A DNA stretch of 63,114 bases, counting the filler, from Octopus bimaculoides (lineage: Eukaryota): assembly GCF_001194135.2 (NCBI RefSeq). It is 5 parts of 4 records of this genome, joined end to end, with 100 filler letters (N's around TTAATTAATTAA, not from the genome) between each part and the next. Parts side by side here need not be neighbours in the genome. Positions count along the whole stretch, not along the records: positions 20,877 to 42,398 come from NC_068981.1; 4 more parts are not named here. The stretch is one strand, 5' to 3'. The notes under the pieces were generated by a model. The model saw nothing but the letters and a program-made list of their open reading frames with translations, ran no database searches and was not told the DNA's origin. Of this stretch, positions 26,924 through 39,504 are shown in pieces (the first letter of the stretch is position 1; each line of letters starts with the position of its first letter). The translations under genes and the position numbers were made by a program.

Positions 26924-27660
26924 CTTTCTATGAAGAAAATGTTTCAATATTTAAACAATTTACCAACTTTTTTCTATTATCCAATTTGTTTTGATTTTTT
27001 TCCTGTTCACTAAATTTACATAAAAGCATTACTATGCATAATGTGGGTTCTTTTGGTATGATTATTGCTCATTGAAAGCATGGAAAGCGGACGTTAAACG
27101 ACAATGATGATGATGATTCATTAAATATTAGTCTGTAAACATCTNNNNNNNNNNNNNNNNNNNNNNNNNNNNNNNNNNNNNNNNNNNNNNNNNNNNNNNN
27201 NNNNNNNNNNNNNNNNNNNNNNNNNNNNNNNNNNNNNNNNNNNNNNNNNNNNNNNNNNNNNNNNNNNNNNNNNNNNNNNNNNNNNNNNNNNNNNNNNNNN
27301 NNNNNNNNNNNNNNNNNNNNNNNNNNNNNNNNNNNNNNNNNNNNNNNNNNNNNNNNNNNNNNNNNNNNNNNNNNNNNNNNNNNNNNNNNNNNNNNNNNNN
27401 NNNNNNNNNNNNNNNNNNNNNNNNNNNNNNNNNNNNNNNNNNNNNNNNNNNNNNNNNNNNNNNNNNNNNNNNNNNNNNNNNNNNNNNNNNNNNNNNNNNN
27501 NNNNNNNNNNNNNNNNNNNNNNNNNNNNNNNNNNNNNNNNNNNNNNNNNNNNNNNNNNNNNNNNNNNNNNNNNNNNNNNNNNNNNNNNNNNNNNNNNNNN
27601 NNNNNNNNNNNNNNNNNNNNNNNNNNNNNNNNNNNNNNNNNNNNNNNNNNNNNNNNNNNN

Positions 27661-27693
<33 letters not shown>

Positions 27694-27699
27694 ACAAGT

Positions 27700-28390
27700 A
27701 TATTAATAATAGAATAATTATTAGTGGCTATTGAAAACGAGAACCGTGCAGGCAAGTTTAAAAAATATGATACTGGAAGAGTACCAGCTTTGCTAGAGAT
27801 AGAAGTCAAATGACTTCGGAAGTCACAAATAGCTCACGAACAAGCATGGTGAAAATTGGGGAAGGAATAAAAATTAGGTTCCTACCTTTGCACAAGTCGC
27901 AGAGGAAATTGCAGATAGCTTAATACCAGTTTCGGATTCTGTATTAAATATTCTTAACCCATCTTCAGTTAAGCTTACTGCAAGAGAAGTCAAATTTAAA
28001 CATATTCTCCTCACCATTCTTGCTTGTTCATTTGATGGCCCGAGGCACATACATAGACGAACTAAGTGAATAATTTATAAATAAGTATGCTAGTATATTA
28101 TTAATAATATTAGTGGCTGTTCAAAGCATGAACCATGCAGGCAAGTTTTAAAAAATACAATGGTACTGAGAGAGTACCAGCTTTGCCAGATGTAGAAGAA
28201 TGTTTAATTCAGAACCTAAAACTGGTATTAAGCTATCTGCTATTTCTTTTAAAGGTAGGAGCCTAATTTTTATTTCTTGCTTGATTTTCGTCATGCGTGT
28301 TCATAAGGTGAGCTATTTGTGGCTTCTGAAGTCATTTGACTTCTATCTCTTGCAAAGCTGGTGCTCTCCCAGTACCACCATATTTTTTAT
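27700..28390. mobile_element. Hammerhead-bearing non-autonomous Penelope-like / retrozyme-like element, partial tandem plus inversion
   Basis: Direct repeat 27722-27805 vs 28110-28198 (period ~388); inverted repeat 27760-27955 vs 28196-28387; contains the hammerhead. Confidence 0.55.
27917..27975 (-). ncRNA. Type I hammerhead ribozyme motif with minimal helix III
   Basis: Helix I AGCTTAA/TTAAGCT; core CTGAAGA (27968-27962); helix II GGGTT/AATCC; GAAA (27933-27930); AC-TG-GT; GUA cleavage triplet ending at 27924. Confidence 0.7.
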
Positions 28391-28538
28391 TTTTATGTAT
28401 GTATGAGCTGACCGAAGCTTTGTGATTGAATTTGGTAGGTGGAAGTTACTGCCGTGTGTGTATATGTCTGTGTATGTGCTTGTGCCTCTCTCCCAGAGAG
28501 TGAGAGAGGGATATATATGTATATATATATATATATAT

Positions 28539-28940
28539 CATGGAGGCAAAGTGGTTGAGTTTCTTTCAAGTGTTGGGCCTCATGGAGGCAATAACCTAGA
28601 CCTTTGGCATTATGTCATGCTTGAGAAAAAGACCCATCAAGCTGAGCAAAATCACAGTTGTGGCGGATACCAGTGTCACACAAATTGGTACTTGTGCCGG
28701 TGGCATGTAAATGCACCCGGTGTCATGTAAATGGCACCCGGTGTCATGTAAATGGCACCCATGCCGTGGCATGTAAAAGCACCCATTACACTCTGAGTGG
28801 TTGACATTAGGAAGGGCATCCAACCATAGAAAACCATGCCAAATCAGACTGGAGTCTGGTGCAGCCTTCAAGTGTGCCAGCCCAGTCAAACTGTCCAACC
28901 CATGCCAAGCATGAACAATGGACATTAAATGATGATGATA
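28539..28940 (+). mobile_element. 5'-truncated RTE LINE (last ORF2 codons plus 3' UTR) with a 21-bp internal VNTR
   Basis: The start matches the ORF2 end at about 39560-39600; ggcacccggtgtcatgtaaat repeated about 3 times; tail ggacattaaat(gat)n. Confidence 0.85.
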
Positions 28941-30962
28941 TATATATTTATAAATACATACATACTACATATGTCAGCTGATTAAAACTAAATATAGAGA
29001 AGTTGTGTGTAGGTAGATAGGGTGTTATTTATACAGACCTATTTCTCATGAATGAAGTTATTTGTGGGTCAGTTTGATGTGAAATAAGTTTGTTGGTATG
29101 GTTTCATTCTATAATAAGACTTATATGAGCAGTATTGAAAATGCTATAAGTTTTACTGTAGGTAAAACTGTGTCAGGAAGTATTCAAATACACATCTTAT
29201 ATCAGACTGAGTTGGCTTTGACTATTTTTTTCATCTTTGATTTAGGTTACTATTGTTTTATGTCATTGTTTTTTCTTTTTTTTTTTTAATCTTTTTGGTT
29301 CTGTGATACAAATTCCCTATTTTAAAGTCATCTAAATTATAATTTTCCATTGAAATTGCTTGTAAATTTATGATCAGAACACAAGCTTAATCATAGCAAA
29401 GTTATTTTACTAAACTCTTCATTTTCAAAATTATTTAAAACAAAAGCAGTGTATGTCAACAGAAATATAGTAATAAAAGGGTTATATCATGATTAAGATT
29501 CATTGTAATTGACAAACATTAATTAAACATAATTTTTCCACCCCTGACTTTTTTTTAAAAATATTTTCTGTGCTGCAAAAGAAATCTGAAATCTTGGGTT
29601 TTTATCAGTTAAATATGAAATATAAAAAGTCAATGAGTTATAGACAAAATTTTCAATTCTGGAAATACTGTATAGAACATTAGTGAGAATTTTTCCCAAA
29701 GGAATCAACAGATCTGAGATTGATTTAAACTTAAGATTTTTCTCATGTATAAAAACTGTATAAAAGTTGAGTAGCAAAGGCATATATACCACACGCGCAC
29801 GCATGTGTACCTGTATGCAGATATCATCATCATTTAATGTCCCGTTTTCCTAGCTGGTATGGGTTGGACAGTTGAACAAGAAGAGATGAGCTGTAGTTTA
29901 TTTTTTGTCTGTAAAAGATGTAGAAAACATTGTTATACTTGGGATGGTCATCTTTTGCCAGTCAAACACATGCAATATTTATTTGATTTCATCATCATTA
30001 TTATTATTATTATTATTTGTCAGAGTTCTTACATCACACATTTTGTGACCTCATCAGCGACTTTCTATCTCGCTTCTCCTCTTGTCCTGCCTATTCCATT
30101 TTGTCTTTCTGTGGTATATCTAGTATTTTTGCATCAAAATATATTTTAGATGGTTCTACGAGAATAAAAAAGATATAATTTTACTTCAATTAACTACTAA
30201 TGCATAGGAGTACTATATAGTTACTTTGATTTAATTTATTTAGTAGTTTGTGCACAATAGTCTCATTGGTTACAAGTTTCCCATTGGCCTATCACTGTTT
30301 TATTGCATTTCTTATGGCAGGAGAGATACAGAAGTGTCTCTAACTTGGTGTAGAACAAATATCTCAAGGGATTCATAATGTACCTTTTTATTGTTTCGTA
30401 ACTGACGTTTGTACTATTTCTGATATAGATATGAACACACACATCATAGGCTTCTACAGTGATTCCATCCACCTCATTCTTCTTACATGGTGTTGACAAC
30501 CTATGTCTATGATAGAATTCACTTGATGAAAGCGCTGCATATTAGGGTTAAATCCAAGACAAAAAGTTATTGTGAAGTGAATTTCTTAACCATACAGCCA
30601 TGCCTAGTCATATTGCTTGCCATCTCTAAACAGATTCAGTATTGTGAGCATCTTGATTTATTTTTTTTTTGCTGAATTTAAATAAAGGTTGAAAGTACTT
30701 TTTAAATTTAAAAATTTTTATCTCCTAATTTTTTTTTCCCAGTTATATCACTGGAATTTCAGATGAATTTTCAAGTGGACAATTTGTGGGCACAATGTTT
30801 AGAAAGAGTTTGGGTTCTTCATTTTTTCAGCTTTCTGGAAATGGAAATCACATGTTTTCCTTTTTTCTTCTTTTTTTTATTAACAAAACGTATTTTATAT
30901 GTAAGCTTAATCTAGAAAAAATTTATTTCAAACTTCTTTATTGAATATTATTTTGCTTTCAG

Positions 30963-31010
30963 GATCTAAAGCCTGGAAATCTGGCCATAAATGAAGACTG
31001 TGAACTTCGG
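30963..31010 (+). CDS. MAPK14: p38 MAPK exon 6: DLKPGNLAINEDCELR (catalytic loop, ED site)
   Basis: tttcag / gtaatt splice sites; 48 bp as in vertebrate p38. Confidence 0.96.
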
Positions 31011-32619
31011 GTAATTACTTAAAACATTAATTATTATTAAACTCACTAGATGAACATCTAACCAGGAATGAAAATGCAGATCATTGATTACCAAATTATT
31101 GTTGAGGAATGTACCTAGCAACATAGTTTAGTGGTTTGTAATCCTCTGTTGGTGAAGAGGAATGTTAAACTGCATATGACAAAAGAAAGCTAAGAGAATT
31201 CTACTGTTCAAACTTCCAATCAATCTTAGATAATGCTTACTTATCGGGAATATTAGAGACATAAAGTATTGTGAATAACAAGATTCAGTTTGTGTATAAA
31301 TTAAGCTATCATTGGAAAGAAGTGTAACTAAAACATCATTTGCATGCTTGTCCTCCCGGACAAGGAAAGAAAAGCTCAGATATTACAAGTGGTTGTTAAA
31401 TGTTGAATGGAGGTTTGCTCAGAAGCAATTCATATCAAGGCAAGAATAAAGAGCATCAGATGTAGTTACATCAGGTTATGTAGATACTGTAGTCATTAGT
31501 TAATTGGTTGGTACAATTTTGTTCAATAACTGGTACAACAGAACATTTGTCAACAGCTACAGACACAAATGAGTTGTCCTGGGAGAAGGGCAGTTATTGA
31601 TGTCTCAAACTGAGAGCTAGAAGTATGTAGCAAAGTATAGTAGAGTCAAGTTAGAGGATAAGGTTTACGTTTTTAGTTCATCCCAGAATGTGGAGCTAAA
31701 GTGTTGATATTTTAGCTACAAACAAGCAGCTTTTCTTTCCAATTGCAAGTCAGTAGTTTGTAGACTGGTGGATGCTAAAGAAACAAGTGAGACCTAGACA
31801 AGCTAGGGGTGTTGTTTTCAAGGTAGGAGAGAGTTGTCAGTGGGTTCAGTGAGGAAGTTAGAGTATAGGTAGACACTTAACCCAAGGCTTTATCCACAGC
31901 TTCTATTCATTGTAGTTCATGAGGCAGTAACATAAAAGTCTGGGCTGAGTGTTCTGATTTCTAGTTTAGAGTTCAAAAGTATACAAATCAACACAATCTG
32001 AAGTATAAATTATTGAGAGAAAACACAAAATCCTAGTGGCACCTGAGTCAATGCATTGCTCAGTATGTAGGTAGTGAGTTGGTATGATCTCAATACCATG
32101 TGTTTTGTGCAAAAAGTAGGTGCATAAATTTTGCAATAAAATCTCTGACAGATTGAAAGGTAACTAGAATATTAAACATGATATTTCTTTACACTGTTTG
32201 ATTGTGGATAATTGAATGTTACAGATTCAGAAAGTAAGCCTTGAAAACACATTTTCAATTAAAGTTATCTCTAATAAAAATTAACAGTGAACCTACTTTA
32301 AGAAAATGTTGAAGCAATTTCAAAATAGAACCTCAGACATTGCATAAAGCACTGCATTATTTCAATCTCAAAGGTAAATCAATAAACTGATTGACTTCAC
32401 TGATTGATTTATATCTTGAAAGGAGATAGCAACAAATCAGTGAGGTTGATTTTTAAAATGTCTCAAGTCTGTGTTGTGTCTTGTTTGACCTGTAAGTCAT
32501 TAATATATCCTTCTGAAACATAACTTGTGCTTGTCCTTCAATCATAATTGAGCCTCTCGACACCTGGCATAAAGCCACTTCCCCGCCTCTCAAATATCCC
32601 ACTTAGTCAAGTGGGGAGC

Positions 32620-32850
32620 TTTTTCTTGCTCTTTTCCTGTTTTGTAAAGTTACTTGGTTGCTTCACTAGTGCTAGTGGCACAAGAAAAGCACCCAATACA
32701 CACTGGAAAGTGATTGGTGATAGGAAGAGCATCTAGACATAGAAACCATATCAAAGCTGACACTAAAGCTAAACACAGCCCTGTGATTTGCTGGAGCCTG
32801 TCAAACTGTCCAGCCTCTGCAGCATGAAAAGCAGGTGTTATGTAATAATA
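32620..32850 (+). mobile_element. RTE-type 3' tail, degenerate
   Basis: aaaagcaccc...taggaagagcatc...gtcaaactgtcca...gcatgaaaa. Confidence 0.7.
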
Positions 32851-33200
32851 AACTATTTCTCAACTTTTATTTATACAGGTCATAACAGGTATGGAAGCAT
32901 GTGCTGTTGCGTTTATGTTGTGTTTCTGAAATGTTTAAATCAGAAATGATAATTTAAGAATATAATTATTCTGACTTTTATATTTGTCCACATGTTCATG
33001 TGTTTTTTTCTATTTTTTTTATGACTGTTCTAATGAAATTCCAACAAACCAATGACATGCTGGCTTACATCTTCATCCATTGTACTTATATCAACAACAC
33101 ATTTAAATCAAGAATAACTAATATCATAATTTATTACCATGGGATTTCTTTGTTAAATCATTTGATTAAATTTTTTCTTTAATGTTTTGTTATTTTATAG

Positions 33201-33335
<135 letters not shown>

Positions 33336-33689
33336 TAAATTATTCCTTAATGCCATCTATTTGATTGTAAAACAATGTTCCAATAATATACGTCTAGCTC
33401 ATGCTAGTATAGAAAAATGAATGTAAAAAATGATCACAAATTGTTTTCTTCCCTTTTGGCAAAAGAAATAAATTGTTATATCCAGCAAGGCACTTCTTTT
33501 CTGTAATATCCAATTCCTAGCTAATGTAATATAACTAAAAATGATAATAATAATTATAATTACTAACAGAAAGACTGCCCTCCGGGCGGTTTTCTGCTAG
33601 CTACTTGATAATATTTTCACATTTGATTCCCAATTCTAATAATTTTTAGATTTTACATCTAATTGTTTCTTTGTATAATAGTGTTCTCT

Positions 33690-33986
33690 TGCTTAGTAAA
33701 TATTGCTTTCATTATTTTATCAGTCATAACCTTTCTTTTTTAAATAAACATCAAGGTAGTCCAACTATATTTAGTGTGCAAAAAAATAGCGATCACCTAG
33801 TGATATTTTAATACCTGTAGCATATTAAACAGCCATAGCAACAAATTCACTTGATAATTCTTAGATTACAATGGAAAGGAAATAAGTCATATGAGTTCGA
33901 AACTTCAGTAAATTTTAATAAGTTGTCCAATATAATATGTAATTATTGCTGGAATGTGTGCTTATATTAGTGAGACTGTGTGTATA

Positions 33987-34035
<49 letters not shown>

Positions 34036-34825
34036 ACATTGCAAATAATGAATGAAATAAACATGAAATGAAAATCATACAAATAAAAGCTCAGTAAAAG
34101 CTATCTTTTACTGAATATTTAAATTTATGAACTTGAAATATTCAATAATAAAAAGAAGTTCAGAAAGTAAATTTTCCTGAAAATTTTAATTTATAAAAAG
34201 TCTCACTTGCTTAGTAAATATTTCTTTCAGTAATTTATTGTAGTTGTAATATATTTCTAATTTAAACAAATTTCAAGGTAACCCAACTACGTTTAGGATG
34301 CTAGAAACAGCAATGATCACATGATTATTATTGTAAGGCATATAGCATTCCAAACAGCCATACCAACAAAATGAATTAATTTTTTTTTTTTCAAGTTATA
34401 CCAGTATATTAAGAAATTTTCACTTTATCAAAAATATTCATTTAACAAACTCCAGAAACTGACATTATTCTTGAAATTGTGAAGCCTCAAAGTTATACAG
34501 CTATTTTGTCTGCTAGTATTCATTCATTCAATAAATAATTTTTTTACATTGTGTATACAGAATAAACTGTGGATTTTGCAAATAGTAAACTAAAACTTGA
34601 AATGAATATATGTTAAATTATCATTAATGAAAATAGAAGCTAGAGAGAGAGTGAAAGACTGTTGCAAATGAATAATATTGTTTATTAAACATTAAAATTT
34701 ACTCTTCAGTAAATGCAATGAATATTTAAATTTGTGAAAAACATGTTGTTCAAATATTCAATAAACTTCAGAAATCAAAATTACAGGAAATTTCTTGGAA
34801 CGTGAATTTATAAAAAAATTTCCAG
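33690..34825 (+). repeat. Old, diverged tandem duplication in p38 intron 7
   Basis: tgcttagtaaatatt...aaacagccata at about 33690 and 34209; (GA)n...gaatatttaaattt...aatttataaaaa at about 34020 and 34640. Confidence 0.6.
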
Positions 34826-34949
34826 CTGGTCAAACCATTAATAATTGCTTTCTTTTAGCAACTGTTAGATATATATTCATTACGCAGCTTTCTCCATTAT
34901 GATATAGATGACTATAGAGATATCTAACTGAATTAAAACTTTTTAGTAA

Positions 34950-35193
<244 letters not shown>

Positions 35194-35273
35194 ACATTGA
35201 TCAATTAAATAAAATTTTGATAATGCTGGGGAAGCCAAGTGAAGAATTCATTGAAAATATTTCCAGTTCCGAT
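35194..35273 (+). CDS. MAPK14: p38 MAPK exon 9: (H)IDQLNKILIMLGKPSEEFIENISSSD
   Basis: 80 bp as in vertebrates; gtaagt donor; the acceptor is CG rather than AG (see findings). Confidence 0.9.
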
Positions 35274-35342
35274 GTAAGTTTTCATATGATTTTGTAAAAA
35301 AAATACTTAAAAAAATAAATCTATGGTAATCGTGACTAAAAT

Positions 35343-35562
35343 GTTGGTTTCAAATTTTGGCACAAGGCCAGCAATTTCAGGGGAGTGAGTAAGTCAATTA
35401 CATCAACTCCAGTGCTCAGGTAGTACCTATTTTATTGATCCCAGTAGGATGAAAGGCAAAGTCGACTTTGGTTGAATTTGAACTCAGAATATAAAGATGG
35501 ATAAAATGCCACTAAGCATTTTACCTGGCATTGCTAATGATTCTGCCAGCTTGCTGCCTTAA
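35343..35562 (-). mobile_element. SINE B, full length, CpG-decayed
   Basis: Colinear with the 7535 copy; CG positions read CA or TG. Confidence 0.85.
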
Positions 35563-36765
35563 CGTTAACTAAAATATTCATCCATATTAAATAAACCATA
35601 AAGTTTATTTAATTCCAAGTGTTGTCCAACAATACTGCTACTGGTTGTATGTTTTGTAGGCCATTTACACTTCTGCCAGTTTGTACATAGAGCACTGTTC
35701 TGTTCATTGGATTGCTTTGGCTACAAAACACCAGCGAGGTCAAGCAGGCAAATTAAAAGTGTTATGAAATTATTGAAGCATGTCTATGTAGATGAAAGTA
35801 CAGTGTGCAACTGCACACACACGTGATTAATAAGTTCTCTCCTATGTCATTGATGAAGACAATATGCATTTACTAAAACTGCTAGTAAAAAGCCACCATC
35901 TCTTCTTCAAATCAGACTTTATAGTTTTAAGTAAGAAAATACAATGCAGTTGTAAAAGGTGAGCTATTACATCTACAATACTTTGATCATGGGGGTTACT
36001 TGATCAGGGCAGACCTGGTTGAAAGTTAAACAACGAATTTTAAAATGACCTACTAAAATGAATGGTAATAAAATAATCTGTCTCAGTACCAACTAATAAT
36101 GCATCTGTTATGTGCAATAAACATTTATAAAATTTATTTATATCATTCATATATAGTGATTTCCTGTTAACATACTTTGATTTTTCATCATTACCCACTA
36201 TGTGTTATACATAGATAAAGTTAGGTTTGAAGGACAGTATATTTAGCAGCATCTCCACTCCATTCTCAATAAATTTTGTGCCAAAATGGCCATGATAAAC
36301 TGATTTTCTTATCTGGAAGAGAGTTGTGAACTAACTCTTCAAATCTTTATTCTGTCTCCTTTAGATTAGCTCTTTACCTCCGTTATTCATTATTAATTTC
36401 CATTAGCCCACATGAATTTATGTAGGTACCTCTATATGGCCACTCACTCAATCTGTTGAAAATTTCAGGCCAAATCACACTTGAGTCACGATTTAGTATC
36501 TTGAATAGGGAATTGGGCAATGTGACCCATTATGCCCCCCCCCCAAAGACAGGGTGGTCACAACTGTAATTCTTTTGAAATGTTGTTTAGGTACTTGCTT
36601 GATCAAAGCTACCCTGGGCTAAACATTAACAATCAACTGACACAAGTCCCTTCCCCTGGCATTCATCACTTAACTCCCACCTCTATGAATATATGTTTAA
36701 ATGTGTGTATATTTCTATAATTTGATTACTTGATTCTAATAACTTGTTTTTGGTTATTATACAAG

Positions 36766-36844
36766 GCTCGTGAATATGTAAGATCATTGCCAAACATAAT
36801 AAGTAAAGATTTTGAAAGATACTTTGAGAATGCTAATCCTCTTG
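36766..36844 (+). CDS. MAPK14: p38 MAPK exon 10: AREYVRSLPNIISKDFERYFENANPL(A)
   Basis: tacaag / gtaagt splice sites; 79 bp as in vertebrates. Confidence 0.95.
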
Positions 36845-36966
36845 GTAAGTTAGAACAAATACATTATTATTAATTCTAATCTTTCATTGCTTCCTGTTTG
36901 TATAATTTTTATGATTTTTGACTGAATTTATTTCTAATTATCAATATTTGTGAACTAATTATCGTT

Positions 36967-37215
36967 ATCAGCATTTAATGTCCATGTTCCTCACTGGCAT
37001 GGGTTGGGTGGTTTGACAGGATCCAATGGATCTGAGGACTGCATCAGGCTCCAGTATCTGCTTTGGCAAGGTGTCTATGGCTGGATGCCCTTCTTAGTGC
37101 TAATTACCTTACAGTGTGTACTGTTTTTTTTTTTTTTTGGCATCAACACTAGTGAGGTTGTCTTGCAGTTTGCTAAATCAAGACCTCTAAGGGAGCAACT
37201 TTATATTGGGAGAAT
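36967..37215 (-). mobile_element. RTE-type 3' tail, degenerate
   Basis: catttaatgtccatg...ggcatgggttgg...ggatgcccttc. Confidence 0.75.
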
Positions 37216-38303
37216 AAGGAATAGTGAGGGCTAAAGTGAACAAAGGACCAAAGCAGGGTAGGTTTCTTGTAGAGGAGCTAAATGACTACTCACTTTTTAG
37301 AGTTCACCCTTTCCAATATTACTGTCTGAGCTATTTTTATTATTGAAAATAGAAACATTTGACTCAGTCCAGCATATGGTTATTATATTAGATGTATTTC
37401 AATTTACAATGGCTGTTTCTTTTTCTTCGAAACTCTTTTATATTGAAAGTCATTGCTTAAAGTTAATATCCATTATACAAAAACTTTTTAAGAATGATGC
37501 AAAAAATATTTCCAAAGAATTCAGTAAACAAAATTCATGTCTAAAAATATCAGACAATGTGAAACAGTTGTTGATCTCCTAAAATCATATCATTAATGTA
37601 GTTACAGGATTTATGTCAATATTTTGATTTAAATATGAAAAAGTAATCTAAAATGGATCATATTCTTTGATAACAATAGGTGGAATCTATTGGGTTGGTA
37701 ATGAAAGGCCCAACAATCAGTAGGACTTTTAGCTCTGCCTGTCGTACAAGCTAATTTGTCCAATGGATTACGTTTCATATTTCTCCAGCATATATTTATG
37801 TTTCACTACCATGCAGTATTACATTTTTTAGACTTGCTTTATATAATCTTCATTTACTATGGAAGTATAAACTTGTTGCTAACAGGTAATTGTTTCCTAA
37901 ACTTTTACATCCTTTTTCTTATTTTAGCTATTGTAATTTTTAATTCATCACTTACTACTTCTTCCTGAACTTACTTTATTGTGTGTTTTTATTGCTATTA
38001 CCATCTATGCATCTGTCATATCTGATATTCTAATTATCTTTCAATCTACCAGAAATTTTACTACACTATTTGTGTACTTTTTTTGGTTTGAATTGAGTAC
38101 AAAGTATTTAAGTCAGACGCTGGTAATACTTCAGCACATGACACTGAAATTTTTGTGTTTTCTGTCTCAAACTGATAAAGATAAATGTCGTGTTGAGTCT
38201 TATTTAAATAGATTATTTTGTTGTCTGTTCTGGCTGCCTCAATAATGCCAATGCTTCATTTTTGCTAATCACTTATATTCAATGTATACTATCAATGTAT
38301 ATA

Positions 38304-38468
38304 GGCGTAGGAGTGGCTGTGTGGTAAGTAGCTTGCTTACCAATCACATGGTTCCAGGTTCATTCCCACTGCGTGGCACCTTGGGCAAGTGTCTTCTACG
38401 ATAGCCTCGGGAGGACCAAAGCCTTGTGAGTGTATTTGGTAGACGGAAACTGAAAGAAACCTGTCATA

Positions 38469-38513
<45 letters not shown>

Positions 38514-38725
38514 TCGTGTGTCTGTGTTTGTCTCCCCAACATCGCTTGACAACCGATGGTAGTGTGTTTAGATCCCCGTAACTTAGCGGTTCGGCAAAAG
38601 AAATCGATAGAATAAGTACTAGGCATCCAAAGAATAAGTCCTGAGGTTGATTTTCTCGACTAAAGGCGGTGCTCCAGCATGGCTGCAGTCAAATGACTGA
38701 AACAAATAAAAAAAGAAAAAGAGAG
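38304..38725 (+). mobile_element. SINE A, full length
   Basis: ggcgtaggagtggctgtgtggtaag head; (TA)n centre; ccagcatggctgcagtcaaatgactgaaac tail. Confidence 0.92.
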
Positions 38726-39200
38726 TATCCCTACTACAGTATTTTACCACCCTAAAATGTGTAATCAAGGTGCTTTCCTCATGAGGAGTTTAATTGAAGC
38801 AAACTACTCTGAATTTTTGTGCACAATACAGTCATTTGCCCCCTTTTAATATCTTGATAGCTCGACAGTGTGACAACTATCTCTCGGCATATCAGTGTTG
38901 TTTGTAGTAAACTTTAAAATTGATTTATTTTGATTCAGTATGATGACATAAGTGACGTCATTTTACATCAACATGTATCCTGTCTCTTCGTCAAAAAGCA
39001 GGTTAAATTTGTAATTTTTGTCTTTAAACTTTATATAGATACTACATGCTTTGAGTTTTATGGCATAGATTGTTTGATGTTTTCATCAAATCTTAAGATA
39101 GACTGCAATTTCTTTATTAAAAATTTGCTTTTTTTTTTTTTTTTTTTTTTTTTTTTGTGAAATTAACTTTTGATTATTCTAATTTTAGCTATTGTTCTAA

Positions 39201-39401
<201 letters not shown>

Positions 39402-39504
39402 TAAATGTTTTTACTAATAACCATGTCCCTTTTTTTTATCATTATTATAACAAAATAAGAATAAATAGTAGATATTTAGAAATTATCTTTGGTTTTGAAA
39501 CACT

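Noticed and set aside
28150-28387. MITE with ~50-bp TIRs
   Set aside because: The apparent TIRs are better explained by the inversion junction of the hammerhead-bearing element; no TSD was seen
31100-32100. Possible old LINE/LTR coding remnant in intron 6
   Set aside because: No recognisable domain motif in the frames I examined
35274-36765. A mutually exclusive duplicate of exon 9, as in vertebrate MAPK14; CCTTAAC at about 35557
   Set aside because: No second IDQL-like exon was found; the CCTTAAC comes from the SINE B head junction and is followed by an early stop
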